The notes: generated from the letters alone by a model not told the origin. A stretch of 64,000 nt of DNA from Thermoplasmata archaeon (GCA_014859835.1 JACZKW010000104.1:51608-115607), one strand, 5' to 3'; positions 10,959-21,869 are shown, numbered from the stretch's first letter. Numbers and translations: made by a program.

Positions 10959-12839
10959 ATGGCAGAATCTAAGACCAAGGTCATAGGAATAGACCTGGGC
11001 ACGAGCAATTCGGCAGCTGCTGTGGTAGAGGGTGGCAGGCCGACGATAATACCGAGTGCAGAGGGAACCAGCTTGGGAGGCAAGGCGTTTCCGTCGTATG
11101 TCGCTTTCACGAAGGATGGGCAGATGCTGGTAGGCGAACCAGCCAGGAGGCAGGCGGTCTCCAACCCGGAAGGAACGATAATGACGATCAAGCGGAAGAT
11201 GGGGACGGACTACAAAACCAAGGTGCACGGAAAGGAGTACACGCCCCAACAGATATCCGCGTTCATACTGCAGAAGATAAAGCGCGATGCTGAAGCGTAC
11301 CTCGGCACAAAGGTCGAGAAGGCAGTCATCACCGTCCCGGCATACTTCAACGATAACCAGAGACAGGCGACCAAGGATGCTGGAATGATAGCTGGCCTCG
11401 ATGTGGTGAGGATAATCAACGAACCAACCGCGGCTGCCCTGGCATACGGGCTGGACAAGTCCGAAAAGGAACAGAAGATACTCGTCTTCGATCTGGGCGG
11501 CGGCACACTCGATGTCACCATAATGGAGTTCGGCGATGGAGTCTTCGAAGTCATATCCACGAGCGGTGACACCCAGCTGGGCGGTACCGACATGGACAAC
11601 ACGATGGTGGATTACATCGCCAAGGAGTTCAAGGCAGACTCCAGCATGGATATCACAAAGGACAAGATGGCGATGCAGAGGGTCAGAGAGGCGGCAGAGA
11701 AGGCAAAAATAGAGCTGTCCTCCACACTCGAGACAGAAATAAACCTCCCATATCTCAGCGCTGACTCTTCGGGGCCAAGGCACCTTACTATGAAGCTCAC
11801 AAGGGCGAAGCTGGAAGAGCTGGTCAAGCCAGTTGTGGATAAGTGCCGTGGACCGACTATGCAGGCGCTTGAGGATGGAAAGCTAAGTGCAGACAAGATA
11901 GACAAGGTCATATTGGTAGGCGGTCCAACGAGGATGCCGATCGTACATAGGTTCGTCGAGGGAGTCGTCGGACCCAAGATCGTGAGAGGTGTGGACCCGA
12001 TGGAATGCGTCGCCATGGGTGCTTCCATACAGGCAGGCATAATCGAGGGAAGTGTCACTGATATACTACTGCTCGATGTGACGCCTCTGTCATTGGGCGT
12101 CGAGACCCTCGGAGGAGTGTCCCACAAACTCATCGAAAGGAACACGACCATACCGACTAGGAAGAGTGAAGTCTTCTCCACAGCCGCGGACGGACAGACA
12201 AGCGTCGAGATCCATGTCTTGCAGGGAGAGAGACCGATGGCCGCGGATAATGTCACGCTTGGCAATTTCCACCTTATAGGAATACCTCCGGCCCCGAGGG
12301 GCTTGCCCCAGATCGAGGTCACCTTCGACATCGATGCCAATGGCATAATCGATGTCAGCGCGAAGGATCGAGGAACCGGCAAGGAGCAGAAGATAACTAT
12401 CACGGCCACAACGAAGCTCGGCAGGGAAGACATCGACAAGATGGTCAAGGACGCAGAGAGATTCGCGGACGAGGATCTCAAGCGTAAGGAGAAGGCGGAA
12501 CTGAGGAACAAGGCTGAGCAGAGGACATACGAGGTAACGCACATCCTGGAAGAGATGGGAGATAAGGTGCCACAGGACCTCAAGGAGAGCTTGACCAGAC
12601 TATCCGAAGAGGTCAAGACCGCCCTAGCAGGCGAAGATCTGGAAATCATCAAGCAGAAGCTGGAGGAGCTAGACAAGGCTCTGCTGGAGATCGGCAAGAA
12701 GGTCTATGAGACCGCCCAGCAGGCGGCATCCCAAGAGCCCCAGACGCCTCCACCCAGTGGAGACGAGCAATCAGGTGGCGGTGATGACGGTTATGTGGAC
12801 GCTGAGTACAAGATCGTCGACGATGATGACAAGAAGTGA
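10959..12839 (+). CDS. dnaK: molecular chaperone DnaK (Hsp70)
   Basis: [35 protein letters not shown]. Confidence 0.98.
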   Translation: MAESKTKVIGIDLGTSNSAAAVVEGGRPTIIPSAEGTSLGGKAFPSYVAFTKDGQMLVGEPARRQAVSNPEGTIMTIKRKMGTDYKTKVHGKEYTPQQISAFILQKIKRDAEAYLGTKVEKAVITVPAYFNDNQRQATKDAGMIAGLDVVRIINEPTAAALAYGLDKSEKEQKILVFDLGGGTLDVTIMEFGDGVFEVISTSGDTQLGGTDMDNTMVDYIAKEFKADSSMDITKDKMAMQRVREAAEKAKIELSSTLETEINLPYLSADSSGPRHLTMKLTRAKLEELVKPVVDKCRGPTMQALEDGKLSADKIDKVILVGGPTRMPIVHRFVEGVVGPKIVRGVDPMECVAMGASIQAGIIEGSVTDILLLDVTPLSLGVETLGGVSHKLIERNTTIPTRKSEVFSTAADGQTSVEIHVLQGERPMAADNVTLGNFHLIGIPPAPRGLPQIEVTFDIDANGIIDVSAKDRGTGKEQKITITATTKLGREDIDKMVKDAERFADEDLKRKEKAELRNKAEQRTYEVTHILEEMGDKVPQDLKESLTRLSEEVKTALAGEDLEIIKQKLEELDKALLEIGKKVYETAQQAASQEPQTPPPSGDEQSGGGDDGYVDAEYKIVDDDDKK

Positions 12840-12844
12840 CCCAA

Positions 12845-12870
12845 ACCTCTTTTTCCTATTTCCTCATTCT
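12845..12870 (+). terminator. pyrimidine/T-rich tract after dnaK (possible intrinsic terminator)
   Basis: CCTCTTTTTCCTATTTCCTCATTCT directly after the stop codon. Confidence 0.35.
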
Positions 12871-12915
12871 CTCGAACCGAATCGACTGAGAATGTAATGA
12901 GACGGTGATGATGCG

Positions 12916-14070
12916 ATGGTCCAGAAGAGAGACTACTACGAGGTACTAGGGGTATCTCGAAACGCCGCGAAGGATGAAATCAAAAAGGCGTACAGAAAAC
13001 TGGCCATGAAGTATCATCCTGACACCAACAAGGAGGATCCAAAGCAGGCAGAGGAGAAGTTCAAGGAACTCTCTGAAGCCTACGAGGTCCTCGCAGACGA
13101 TGAGAAGAAGACCAGATACGACCAGTACGGACATGAAGGCGTCCAGAGCACATTCAGAGGCGGTGGCTTCGACTGGTCGGATTTCACGCACTTCGGGGAT
13201 ATCAGCGACATATTCGGTAATTTCTCAGGCTTTGGCGGGAGCATTTTCGATCAGTTCTTCGGCGGAGGGATGAGACGAACAGGCCCCGTCGAAGGTAGGT
13301 CTCTCAGATACGACATTGACATACCTCTTGAGGAAGCGGCGACTGGAATCGAGAAGGAGATCAGGGTGCCGCACAGCATCGCTTGCAAGACCTGTGGGGG
13401 TATCGGGGCCAAGAAGGAGGACGTCAAGACATGTCCGACCTGCAAGGGGGCGGGACAGGTTCAGAGAGCGCAAAAGCGCGGAAACACATCTTTTGTGACT
13501 ATCGGCAATTGTCCGACCTGCAGAGGGAGAGGAAACCAGATCACGAAGAACTGTCCAGATTGCCAGGGACATGGAGTTGTCCAGACCACATCGACCTTGA
13601 AGGTATCGATCCCGAAGGGTGCCGAAGAGGGCATGCGTCTTAGGATAAGAGGGGCTGGCGAGGCCGGCCCCAACGGAGGTCCGCCAGGGGACCTGTATAT
13701 CATAATCCATATCGACGAGCATTCCGTGTTCGCACGGGATGGAAGAGACCTATGGCTGGAGACACCGATCACTTTCACACAGGCGGCTCTGGGAGCACAG
13801 ATCGACGTGCCCACGCTCAATGGGACCGCGAGAGTTACGGTACCACCAGGAACCCAGACGGGCACCGTTTTCAGACTCAAAGGAAAGGGCGTGCCGGACC
13901 TGAGAGGCCACGGCGAGGGGGACGAATTCGTGAAGGTCACGGTCCAGATACCGACCAAGTTGACATCTGAACAGAAGGATCTCATGAAGCGACTGGGGGA
14001 CTCACTCGGTGATTATGGCCGAGGGGACACGAAGAAAAACAGATTCAGCAAGTTCGGTCGGAAGATATGA
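12916..14070 (+). CDS. dnaJ: molecular chaperone DnaJ
   Basis: J-domain HPD, G/F-rich region, four CxxCxGxG repeats. Confidence 0.97.
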   Translation: MVQKRDYYEVLGVSRNAAKDEIKKAYRKLAMKYHPDTNKEDPKQAEEKFKELSEAYEVLADDEKKTRYDQYGHEGVQSTFRGGGFDWSDFTHFGDISDIFGNFSGFGGSIFDQFFGGGMRRTGPVEGRSLRYDIDIPLEEAATGIEKEIRVPHSIACKTCGGIGAKKEDVKTCPTCKGAGQVQRAQKRGNTSFVTIGNCPTCRGRGNQITKNCPDCQGHGVVQTTSTLKVSIPKGAEEGMRLRIRGAGEAGPNGGPPGDLYIIIHIDEHSVFARDGRDLWLETPITFTQAALGAQIDVPTLNGTARVTVPPGTQTGTVFRLKGKGVPDLRGHGEGDEFVKVTVQIPTKLTSEQKDLMKRLGDSLGDYGRGDTKKNRFSKFGRKI

Positions 14071-14270
14071 ACGAGAATCGCTCTCACACCGGGGCACAGA
14101 GCAGATAGACGTCAGAGAATCGAACCGTGTTCGGGAGAGATCCGCGACATCCAGAGATTGAGCAGAATGGAGAGAGATGGATCCATCACAGTCTCCAAAA
14201 ACCTCGCCGCCCGGGTCGATGTATCTCGCTCACGGAAGCAATCGAATTGCGGAAGAACGGCGATCACTAG

Positions 14271-15230
14271 CTAGAACAGATGGTCGTCCGTCAAGCGGGA
14301 CTCCCCGCCGACACCGCATCTGATGATCTCAAGACCCACATCCTTCAATCTTGTCTCAACCTCGGCGATGCGCTCTGGATGTGTGTTGACGTATACGGTG
14401 GCGCCAGTATCTATCGAGAAGTATGCGGGGACCCCTTCGGATCGCATCTTTCTGACCTCGAGTATCACCTTCACAGTCTCTGGTCTCCAAAGGATCATCT
14501 CATCTATGCCAGTCATCGTTATTCCGTGCAGGATAAGAGAGTCCCTCTCAGCCAGCATCCCTACGCGGTCGATATCCCTCTTCGTGATGGCGTTCTCCAT
14601 CTCTGAGAGGGCGCCATGGACGTATGCGAGTCGCGAATGGAAGAAGGGTGATCCCAGCACCGATCTATGCGCATTCTCCGTGTACTTGAAAGCAGGGATG
14701 AGAGCTACCAGGATCCCCATCTCGAAATCCTCGGACGCGATCTGGTATGAATACGATTCCTCATCCTCATGCCCAGCCTTCCATCTGGAGAATCCACCGG
14801 TGACCGAGCGCGATGCGGATCCTGCACCACGACGCGCAATGATGGAAATCTGTTCAAGGGACAGATCCAGCTTTGCAGCATCGCATGAAGCTACCGCGAG
14901 CGCAGCGAATCCTGAGGCCGACGATCCCAACCCCACGTTCGATGGAAAGTTATTCTTCGAGACCATCCTGAAATGGTCTTCGATACTGGCTCTCGCCCGT
15001 ACAACATCAACGACTGAAAGTACCCTCTCGAGCTCCCTCCCAGTCAGAGTGCGTGAGTCGACCTCCGCAACATCCTCTTCGAAATCGCCGAATTCAATAG
15101 TCGTGTGGCTCGCTGTTGGAGATGTGGAAACTGATATAGAATCGTGATACGGCAGTCGGAGCCGCTCGTCCTTAAGCCCGTGATATTTGATTAGCCCTTG
15201 AATCGGATACGCCATGGCTGATGATTTCAT
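14271..15230 (-). CDS. mvaD: phosphomevalonate/diphosphomevalonate decarboxylase (haloarchaea-type PMD-like)
   Basis: PIQGLIKYHG...LPYHDSISV, GHMP motif GLGSSASG, ARRGAGSASRS, FSIDTG. Confidence 0.88.
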   Translation of the reverse strand: MKSSAMAYPIQGLIKYHGLKDERLRLPYHDSISVSTSPTASHTTIEFGDFEEDVAEVDSRTLTGRELERVLSVVDVVRARASIEDHFRMVSKNNFPSNVGLGSSASGFAALAVASCDAAKLDLSLEQISIIARRGAGSASRSVTGGFSRWKAGHEDEESYSYQIASEDFEMGILVALIPAFKYTENAHRSVLGSPFFHSRLAYVHGALSEMENAITKRDIDRVGMLAERDSLILHGITMTGIDEMILWRPETVKVILEVRKMRSEGVPAYFSIDTGATVYVNTHPERIAEVETRLKDVGLEIIRCGVGGESRLTDDHLF

Positions 15231-15239
15231 CGTCTCACC

Positions 15240-15644
15240 TCACACATCGAAGAGTACGACCAGTGTCTTATGAGCATCGTTGAATTCTAGCTTGTGATAG
15301 GTCACACCCTTTACGACAGAACGTTTCGTATGTCGCTCGTCATCGAATTCCTCCCCATGGATATGTGCATCCAGTTTGTTTCCATCCATGGTGATGTCGA
15401 ACCTGCTGAACACCAAGTTCTCGGCATCATGCAAGAAGAGCAGTTCCTGCAAGAAGTCAACGAGAAGCTGTTCCCTTGTCCCCGCTTCAATCTGTATCCT
15501 CATCTCGCCAGTCGGCTGTATCTTGCTCACATCGGTAATCTGATCGAATAAAGCGTATGCCGCGTTCGCGAATCTCTCCTCCAATGTCTCCCCATGGACT
15601 TCGACCATCGCATCGGCAGTGTGTTCCAACAGCCTGTATCTCAT
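15240..15644 (-). CDS. archease
   Basis: EHTAD...FANAAYALF...VKGVTYH...LFDV. Confidence 0.93.
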   Translation of the reverse strand: MRYRLLEHTADAMVEVHGETLEERFANAAYALFDQITDVSKIQPTGEMRIQIEAGTREQLLVDFLQELLFLHDAENLVFSRFDITMDGNKLDAHIHGEEFDDERHTKRSVVKGVTYHKLEFNDAHKTLVVLFDV

Positions 15645-15678
15645 GCAGATTGACAGTGGACTTGAGCATATATCAACT

Positions 15679-16362
15679 CTATGCTTCAAACCGTGATTGG
15701 TGATGATCACATAGGTGAGATATCTGGCATTGCTCACATCGAGGGTTCTGAGACCTGCAGATTGCTCGTCCGTGTTCGATCAGATTGATATGGAATGGAT
15801 AGAACCTCCGTAAAGGCACAATCTTCGCAAGCTCCTCCTGGGCAGGCTCTCTGGAGGTCTTCTCGCTGATCAATCCGATCCTGCGGGACACTCTATGTAC
15901 ATGAGTGTCGACGGGGAATGCAGGCATTCCCAATGAGAACAGCAGAACAATCGCGCGAGTCTTTGGTCCCACGCCTTTCATTCCAGCAAGCCATCTGTCC
16001 GCCCCTGAAGGCGTCATCTGCCTTAGAAAACCCAGCTCTAGCTCTCCCCGCTCGGACCGAATATACTCAAGGGCATCCAATATCCTATGCGCCTTGATCT
16101 CGGCTAACCCCCCTGAGCGAATTATCTTGGCGATTCTCGCTGAGTCCTCGCACTCCATGGACTCCCATGTCGGATATTCCTTCTTCAGGGCCAGGTAGCT
16201 CCTATGAGAATTGAGATCGGTCGTATTCTGAGAGAGTATGGTCTCGACCAGGGTATCGAGTGGATCGTCATTTGGGACAACCTTGTCGTCACCATAGCAT
16301 TTTACGAGCAGACTGTCGATCACAGCCGCCTTCTTCTTCGCATCTCGTCGTGATGCCTGCAT
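15679..16362 (-). CDS. nth: endonuclease III (HhH-GPD with 4Fe-4S cluster)
   Basis: ILSQNTTD, KGVGPKT, FPVDTHV, CxxxxxxCxxCxxxxxC. Confidence 0.9.
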   Translation of the reverse strand: MQASRRDAKKKAAVIDSLLVKCYGDDKVVPNDDPLDTLVETILSQNTTDLNSHRSYLALKKEYPTWESMECEDSARIAKIIRSGGLAEIKAHRILDALEYIRSERGELELGFLRQMTPSGADRWLAGMKGVGPKTRAIVLLFSLGMPAFPVDTHVHRVSRRIGLISEKTSREPAQEELAKIVPLRRFYPFHINLIEHGRAICRSQNPRCEQCQISHLCDHHQSRFEA

Positions 16363-16370
16363 CGATATCC

Positions 16371-17759
16371 TCAGCCAGTCGTCACTTTGACATTGCTGAA
16401 TCTAATGCTAGGCATTAGATTATTGCCATAATCCGTGATATCGGCACCTATCCGTGAGATTCCTTTGATGAGTTCCAACAGATTTCCAGATATCATGACT
16501 CCCCTCACCCCACCGACTATCTGTCCCTTACGTATCTTCAGACCCGGGTTCGCAACGAAGGAGAAATCACCCGTCTCAAGATTGCTCGTATGGACGCCCT
16601 GACCAGACCATACGAGATATCCATCGTCGACCTCCGCAACAAGATCCTCGAGCATCCCACTACCAGGTCGGATCTGGAGGTTCAGGGGAGATGAGGATAC
16701 TGCCCCGGTTAGCAGGTTCCTGACAGCGTTCCCAGTCGATGACCTATGGGCCTTCGCGCCATAGTAGTTGTCCCAGACAAAACCGTTCACGACACCTTCT
16801 TTTATCAGCGTCTTCTTCTTCGTCGGCATGCCTTCATCATCGAACTGCTTGGATCCGCCTGCACCGCTTAGAACAGGATTATCATAGATCGTGAGTTCCT
16901 TGGGGGCAATCTGCTCCCCCAATAATTCCGATAGAAACGAATTCTTTCTAATGACGCTCTGGCCGGACAAGGATTTCTGCATCATTATGTTCAAAAGGCC
17001 GGAGTCACTGTCCCCGAGTGCGGCCGGACTGAAAACTACATCACATTCACCGGTATGGGACCCTGCTATGACCGAGGATTTGAGTGCGATCTCGGCACTG
17101 TTTCGACCGATTTTCTCGAAGTCCATATTCGTCGAACGAGACATCGATCCCTGAGCGGACTCCGCTGTGACCGATGACCCACTTCCCCAGAGCGACACAC
17201 AGAAGGCCTGCAGTGCGGTCTCCCGCCTATGAGCTTCTATTCCGGACGAATTGAGCACGCCTGTCGACTGGATTGAACATTCCACACCTCCAAGGGTGAC
17301 GGAAATGGGTTCAGCGACCGATCGGGCACCTTCTATCATCGTCTCGGCCATATCCTTTAGCCCGTCGAGTTCAAGAGAGATGAGTCCGGAATCGAACAGA
17401 CCCTTGACCTCAGGATACTTGCCCTTCGAGCAGGGGAATCCAGGCCAATCCAAATCCGGTTGGTTAGAAGCTGTGAGGGCTTTCGCGCTGCGCATGCACC
17501 TCTCGATGTCCTTCGATCTGAACGAACTGCAGAATGATGCGCCTGCCCTGGCATCGCGGACCACCCTAATTGACAGACCAGTGCTCTCGACGACAGTAGC
17601 CGAGTTGATACGGTTCGTATCAATCATCAGGTATCGGGAGGATTTCGAATACGCGAAGGCTTCGAACTCATTCAAGCCCAGCCTTCTCGCATGATCAGGG
17701 ATGGTTTCAAGGACTTCTCTCAACTGGGTCTCCTGCCCGAGCGGTTTGAGGGGCATCAT
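16371..17759 (-). CDS. pmbA: PmbA/TldE family protein
   Basis: FDDEG, STGNA, GDFS, ISGN motifs, no HExxH; ATGA overlap with tldD. Confidence 0.88.
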   Translation of the reverse strand: MMPLKPLGQETQLREVLETIPDHARRLGLNEFEAFAYSKSSRYLMIDTNRINSATVVESTGLSIRVVRDARAGASFCSSFRSKDIERCMRSAKALTASNQPDLDWPGFPCSKGKYPEVKGLFDSGLISLELDGLKDMAETMIEGARSVAEPISVTLGGVECSIQSTGVLNSSGIEAHRRETALQAFCVSLWGSGSSVTAESAQGSMSRSTNMDFEKIGRNSAEIALKSSVIAGSHTGECDVVFSPAALGDSDSGLLNIMMQKSLSGQSVIRKNSFLSELLGEQIAPKELTIYDNPVLSGAGGSKQFDDEGMPTKKKTLIKEGVVNGFVWDNYYGAKAHRSSTGNAVRNLLTGAVSSSPLNLQIRPGSGMLEDLVAEVDDGYLVWSGQGVHTSNLETGDFSFVANPGLKIRKGQIVGGVRGVMISGNLLELIKGISRIGADITDYGNNLMPSIRFSNVKVTTG

Positions 17760-19156
17760 CCAGACCCCCCGAAGACGATAGCTCCTTTCTTCAGACTCAT
17801 ATGAGGACCACCATCGCTGGTCGCCATATACTGGAATAATTTCCCGCAATAACTCGATTCGATTTCGAAATCATCTCCAAGGCCGTCGATCATCTGCAAC
17901 GAATCGACTGCAATCCCGCTGAGCGCGAGGTCGCGGACCGGCTTTGATATCTCGCCATCACGAATCTCATAGCATTCTTGGATACCGACCTGAAAACTCG
18001 AATTGGTCTCGGTCTGGCCGCCTTTGACGTCCACACAATAGTAACCGAACTTCTTGCCCTCAAGTAATTCATCGAGAGACATGTCGCCCCTTGCAAAGTA
18101 TGTGTTCCTCATCCTGATTATTGGGGGCGCCCGGTAGGATTCCGCTCGTGCGTTTCCTGTTGGAGGGGTCCCGAGGCGGGCAGCCCATTCTCGGTCCGTC
18201 ATCTGCTCGCCCAGAACCCCGTTCCGTATCAGGACCGCATCTCTCGCAACCACACCCTCGTCATCAATCTTGATGTTGCCAAAACCATCGTTGATTGACG
18301 GGGAATCTAGTATCGTGATGTTCTCCGGAGCAACCCGCTTTCCTTCAAGGTCACCGAAGGCACCGGTGGAGAAGGAATCCGCTTCGGCAAGATGTCCGAG
18401 CGCCTCATGGGCGAGCATGCCAACGACTCTTGGGGAAAGGATGCACGGAAATGTCCCGCGTTTCGCAGGAATTCCATTCATCTGACCCTGAATACGTTTC
18501 ACCAGTCTATCAGTTATCGTTTTCGCAGTCTCTTTCTTCTCGAAGAAGTCCCAACCACGAGTCACTGTTCCCACTTCGTCCCTGGACGAAACGGAACGAC
18601 CAGCGACCCGCCCTGATGCGGCGGTCATAAGATCCGCAAGTGAGACATCGGTCACAACACATGTCCCCTCACTGGTGACCAGCAGTTTCTGACCAGATGT
18701 ATCACGATAGTTCGTCACGGATGTCGTGATCCTCGAATCGGAATGGATTACACCCAGACATATCTCCTTCAGGAACGAGATCTTTTCATCCATATCGATT
18801 TCCTGGAGAGGTTTCCGCGTGCGCGAGCGCACATGCCGCTGAACCGGCTTGATCATACACAATTCGGCAGGAGCCTCACCTTCCCTAGGTGGGACTACTG
18901 ATGCGGCTTTCGCAGCATTCCGTATAGTTGATTGGATGTCTCGGAAACCATCGGATACAGAGAAACCCCAGCAACCATTATTCAATACACGCGCGGAGTG
19001 CCCTGACTCATATCTGCGGGAAATCACTTCAACGCCCGAATCGCGTTGATCTATAGCAGTGTGAACTGTGGATTCCGCCCTCAATTCGACATAATCGAGG
19101 GAGCTGCATAATCGTGACCCCAAAGCTTTTGCCAGGCGGTCAGGGAGGTCGCTCAT
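17756..19156 (-). CDS. tldD: TldD family metalloprotease
   Basis: HEALGHLAEAD, DDEG, TGNARAES, RMRNT, CGK. Confidence 0.92.
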   Translation of the reverse strand: MSDLPDRLAKALGSRLCSSLDYVELRAESTVHTAIDQRDSGVEVISRRYESGHSARVLNNGCWGFSVSDGFRDIQSTIRNAAKAASVVPPREGEAPAELCMIKPVQRHVRSRTRKPLQEIDMDEKISFLKEICLGVIHSDSRITTSVTNYRDTSGQKLLVTSEGTCVVTDVSLADLMTAASGRVAGRSVSSRDEVGTVTRGWDFFEKKETAKTITDRLVKRIQGQMNGIPAKRGTFPCILSPRVVGMLAHEALGHLAEADSFSTGAFGDLEGKRVAPENITILDSPSINDGFGNIKIDDEGVVARDAVLIRNGVLGEQMTDREWAARLGTPPTGNARAESYRAPPIIRMRNTYFARGDMSLDELLEGKKFGYYCVDVKGGQTETNSSFQVGIQECYEIRDGEISKPVRDLALSGIAVDSLQMIDGLGDDFEIESSYCGKLFQYMATSDGGPHMSLKKGAIVFGGSG

Positions 19157-19274
19157 CGAGAATAGGTACTATAGTTCCTATTCAAAAAGGATGCTACATA
19201 GATGCATATACCAGTTCCATGCAGGAACGATGATTGTTGCCTCTGGTTCTGTCAATTATCGGGCGGTGGTCATC

Positions 19275-19427
19275 ATGACCGCCCGACCGATCGACTCGTC
19301 CCATTCGGCTCCGACCGTGCGCCCTTAGCTGGGTCGTAGAGGGCGGTCATCATCACTTCATGCTGGAACGCGCCGGGGCTGAACCGTAAGCCCCCTGCCA
19401 CCCCGTCCGGGAAGGCGGTCTGCAGCA
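19275..19427. ncRNA. candidate GC-rich structured non-coding RNA (unassigned family)
   Basis: Perfect 10-bp inverted repeat ATGACCGCCC/GGGCGGTCAT; second domain closed by TGCTG/CAGCA with a GGGGCT/AGCCCC hairpin; TATA-like element at 19451-19458. Confidence 0.4.
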
Positions 19428-19509
19428 GGTTTATGTCGGCGTTGACATGCCTATATACAGAACCGTTGCCTCTGAAAGCTTTTATATCCCTCGGGATTTC
19501 CTCCAAAAC

Positions 19510-20316
19510 GTGAAGATCTGCGTCATCGGATGTGGCGCGATTGGCACGACAATCGCGAAGGCAGTGGACGACTTTCCAGAGGTGGAAGTCACATACCTGA
19601 CTGATCGGTCCCAGGAATGTGCGACCAGGCTTCAGGAGCATACGAAGAAGGTCGTCTATGTTCCAGATATTGTGCCAATCCTTGGGGAGATCGGATTGGT
19701 GGCCGAGGCTGCCAGTCAAGACGCTGCCAGATATTATGTACCCCTCGCTCTTTCGGCCGGGGTGGATGTTCTAGTCATGAGCGTCGGAGTCTTCCAGGAC
19801 GAAGAGTTCCAGGCGGACACTTACCGATTATCGAAGAGAAAGGGTGCCAAGATATTCATCCCGAGCGGGGCCATAGGAGGGATCGACGCCCTTTCCTCGG
19901 CGAGCATGGAGGAGATAGATGAGGTGACGCTCACGACTACGAAACCTCCATCGGCCTTCGGTCCCAGCGCATATCTGGAATCCAAAGGGATCATCCCCTC
20001 AGAAATCCGCGTAAGAACGGAGCTGTTCCACGGTTCTGCCAGAGAGGCGGTCAAATACTTCCCCCAGAACATCAATATCGCCGCCACGATATCGCTTGCA
20101 GGGGTCGGTTTCGAGAGAACCACGATAAGAATAGTCTGCGACCCGCAGGTGAAGACCAACGAGCATAATCTGAGGGCGAAGGGGAAGTTCGGCGAGCTGG
20201 ATGTGGTAACGAGAAACCTACCATCGCCGCGCAATCCGAAGACGAGTTACCTGGCAGCATTGTCCGCAATATCGGCCATACGGAAGATCACGGGACATAT
20301 GTGGGTTGGAGTCTAG
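19510..20316 (+). CDS. nadX: L-aspartate dehydrogenase
   Basis: GCGAIG, EAASQ, PSGAIGGID, FPQNINIAA, NPKTSYLAALS; GTG start with TTTATAT at 19481. Confidence 0.93.
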   Translation: MKICVIGCGAIGTTIAKAVDDFPEVEVTYLTDRSQECATRLQEHTKKVVYVPDIVPILGEIGLVAEAASQDAARYYVPLALSAGVDVLVMSVGVFQDEEFQADTYRLSKRKGAKIFIPSGAIGGIDALSSASMEEIDEVTLTTTKPPSAFGPSAYLESKGIIPSEIRVRTELFHGSAREAVKYFPQNINIAATISLAGVGFERTTIRIVCDPQVKTNEHNLRAKGKFGELDVVTRNLPSPRNPKTSYLAALSAISAIRKITGHMWVGV

Positions 20317-20365
20317 GCTCACTAACCTCTTATATCGTGATGCATATTATTCTGCCAGTGATGAC

Positions 20366-21451
20366 TTGTCTACGAAGGAAAAGTGCATCTTTGCATCTAT
20401 GAAGACAGAAGTGGATGCCGTTGTGCTCATGAATGGTACGGACCCGAACCTGGACACGAGCTTCTTCTATTCCACGGGCATTCCGAACGGCCTTTTCGAG
20501 GGATGCATAGCCATCGTCACCCCTAAGAAGACCGAAGTGATCAGCTCGGAGCTGGAAGAACTCAGCGCAGTGACCTCGGGAGTTAAAACGGCGGTGTTCG
20601 AAAGCACTGAACACCGCACCAAGTTACTAGAAAGGAAGCTCAAGGGGTACCGGGCGGTAGGCATCAACGCGCGTGAACTGACACACGCCAATTATCTCAA
20701 GATCAAGAAAGCGGCCAAGGGAATCAAGTTGCTCGATGTCTCACAGGACATCGAGAACGCTCGGATGCTGAAGCAGCCCGATGAAATCGTCAGGATCAAG
20801 AAAGCCTGCAAGATCGCGACATTGGTCGCTGAGAAGATACCGGAGATGGTCTCGGAAGGGGACACTGAGACCGAAGGGGCCGCGGAACTCAATCATATGA
20901 TGATGAGACTCGGAGCCACTGGACCAGCTTTCGTCACCGCGGTTGCTTTTGGTGCGAGTAGCGCTGAACCGCATTACTATCCCGGTCAGAAGAAGCTGAG
21001 GAAAGGACAATTCGCCTTGTTCGATTTTGGCGCTGAGTACAAGAGATATGTATCGGACGTAACCAGGACTTTCATACGTGGAGAGCCGAATCCAAGGCAG
21101 AAGGAGATGTACGAGACGGTCCTGGAAGCACAGATGGCGGCCATCGACGCAATACATGCGGGTGTCAGTGGAAAGGAAGTGGATCTGGTGGCCAGGAGCA
21201 TCATCGACAGGAGCAAGTTCAGAGGGCGATTCATCCATAGCACGGGACACGGTCTGGGAATGTCCGTCCATGATCCCGGGGCGATATCATACGCAAGGGA
21301 CATGGTCCTTAAGGAAGGAATGGTCCTGACGGTCGAACCCGGAGTATACATAAAGGGGTTCGGTGGGGTGCGTATCGAGGACGATGTGCTGATTACAAAG
21401 AAGGGCTGCCAGATACTCACTCCGTGCACAAAGGAGTTCAGGAGCATCTAG
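20366..21451 (+). CDS. Xaa-Pro aminopeptidase (M24B); start uncertain
   Basis: PHY, DFGA...SDVTRT, HSTGHGLG..VH, TVEPG, GVRIEDD. Confidence 0.92.
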   Translation: MSTKEKCIFASMKTEVDAVVLMNGTDPNLDTSFFYSTGIPNGLFEGCIAIVTPKKTEVISSELEELSAVTSGVKTAVFESTEHRTKLLERKLKGYRAVGINARELTHANYLKIKKAAKGIKLLDVSQDIENARMLKQPDEIVRIKKACKIATLVAEKIPEMVSEGDTETEGAAELNHMMMRLGATGPAFVTAVAFGASSAEPHYYPGQKKLRKGQFALFDFGAEYKRYVSDVTRTFIRGEPNPRQKEMYETVLEAQMAAIDAIHAGVSGKEVDLVARSIIDRSKFRGRFIHSTGHGLGMSVHDPGAISYARDMVLKEGMVLTVEPGVYIKGFGGVRIEDDVLITKKGCQILTPCTKEFRSI

Positions 21452-21831
21452 AAGATTGCCAGCATACGTATATCGAAGAATCGTTGCGCGATCTCCTCAA
21501 CCAAATAGATTAGGATGACCCCTAGAAAAGAAATGACCAGAGAAGCAGCCCAATCATCGGAGACCGGAAGTTCCTCCACCAGGACGAATCTGACGACCAC
21601 GACGAGCACTACGAAAGCGAGCAACAACCCGAGGTCTCCGAAATCCGCCTCCGAGGCGATGTTTCTGAGAAGCGGAATCACCAGGACGGCCATGAAGGAC
21701 ACGAGCACAAGGCGCAGAGCATAGGATCCGTCCATCGACCAATCTCCACCCACCAGAGACGCGCTGACGAAGAAGATCAGTGTCACGAGTATCAATGCTA
21801 TGATCAGTACGACAAGTTGCTCGATGCTCAT
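21448..21831 (-). CDS. small multi-pass membrane protein
   Basis: Four hydrophobic segments from MSIEQLVVL; upstream part of the listed ORF overlaps the next gene. Confidence 0.7.
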   Translation of the reverse strand: MSIEQLVVLIIALILVTLIFFVSASLVGGDWSMDGSYALRLVLVSFMAVLVIPLLRNIASEADFGDLGLLLAFVVLVVVVRFVLVEELPVSDDWAASLVISFLGVILIYLVEEIAQRFFDIRMLAIF

Positions 21832-21869
21832 GGTCCTACCACTATTGGGACGACCGTCTCCAACATATG

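Noticed and set aside
9439-12697. Long antisense ORFs opposite thermosome and dnaK (350, 237, 302 and 361 aa)
   Set aside because: Shadow frames of strongly biased, conserved genes; no recognisable motifs
14067-14270. ORF overlapping the dnaJ stop with one in-frame TAG (possible pyrrolysine read-through)
   Set aside because: Product has no recognisable features, the window's MttB is non-Pyl and no pyl genes are visible
19290-19325. ACTCGTCCCATTC resemblance to 5S rRNA, and GGGGGCTTAC (minus strand, nearby) resemblance to RNase P
   Set aside because: The conserved CCGAAC of 5S and the 5' GAGGAAAGTCC-like half of RNase P P4 are absent
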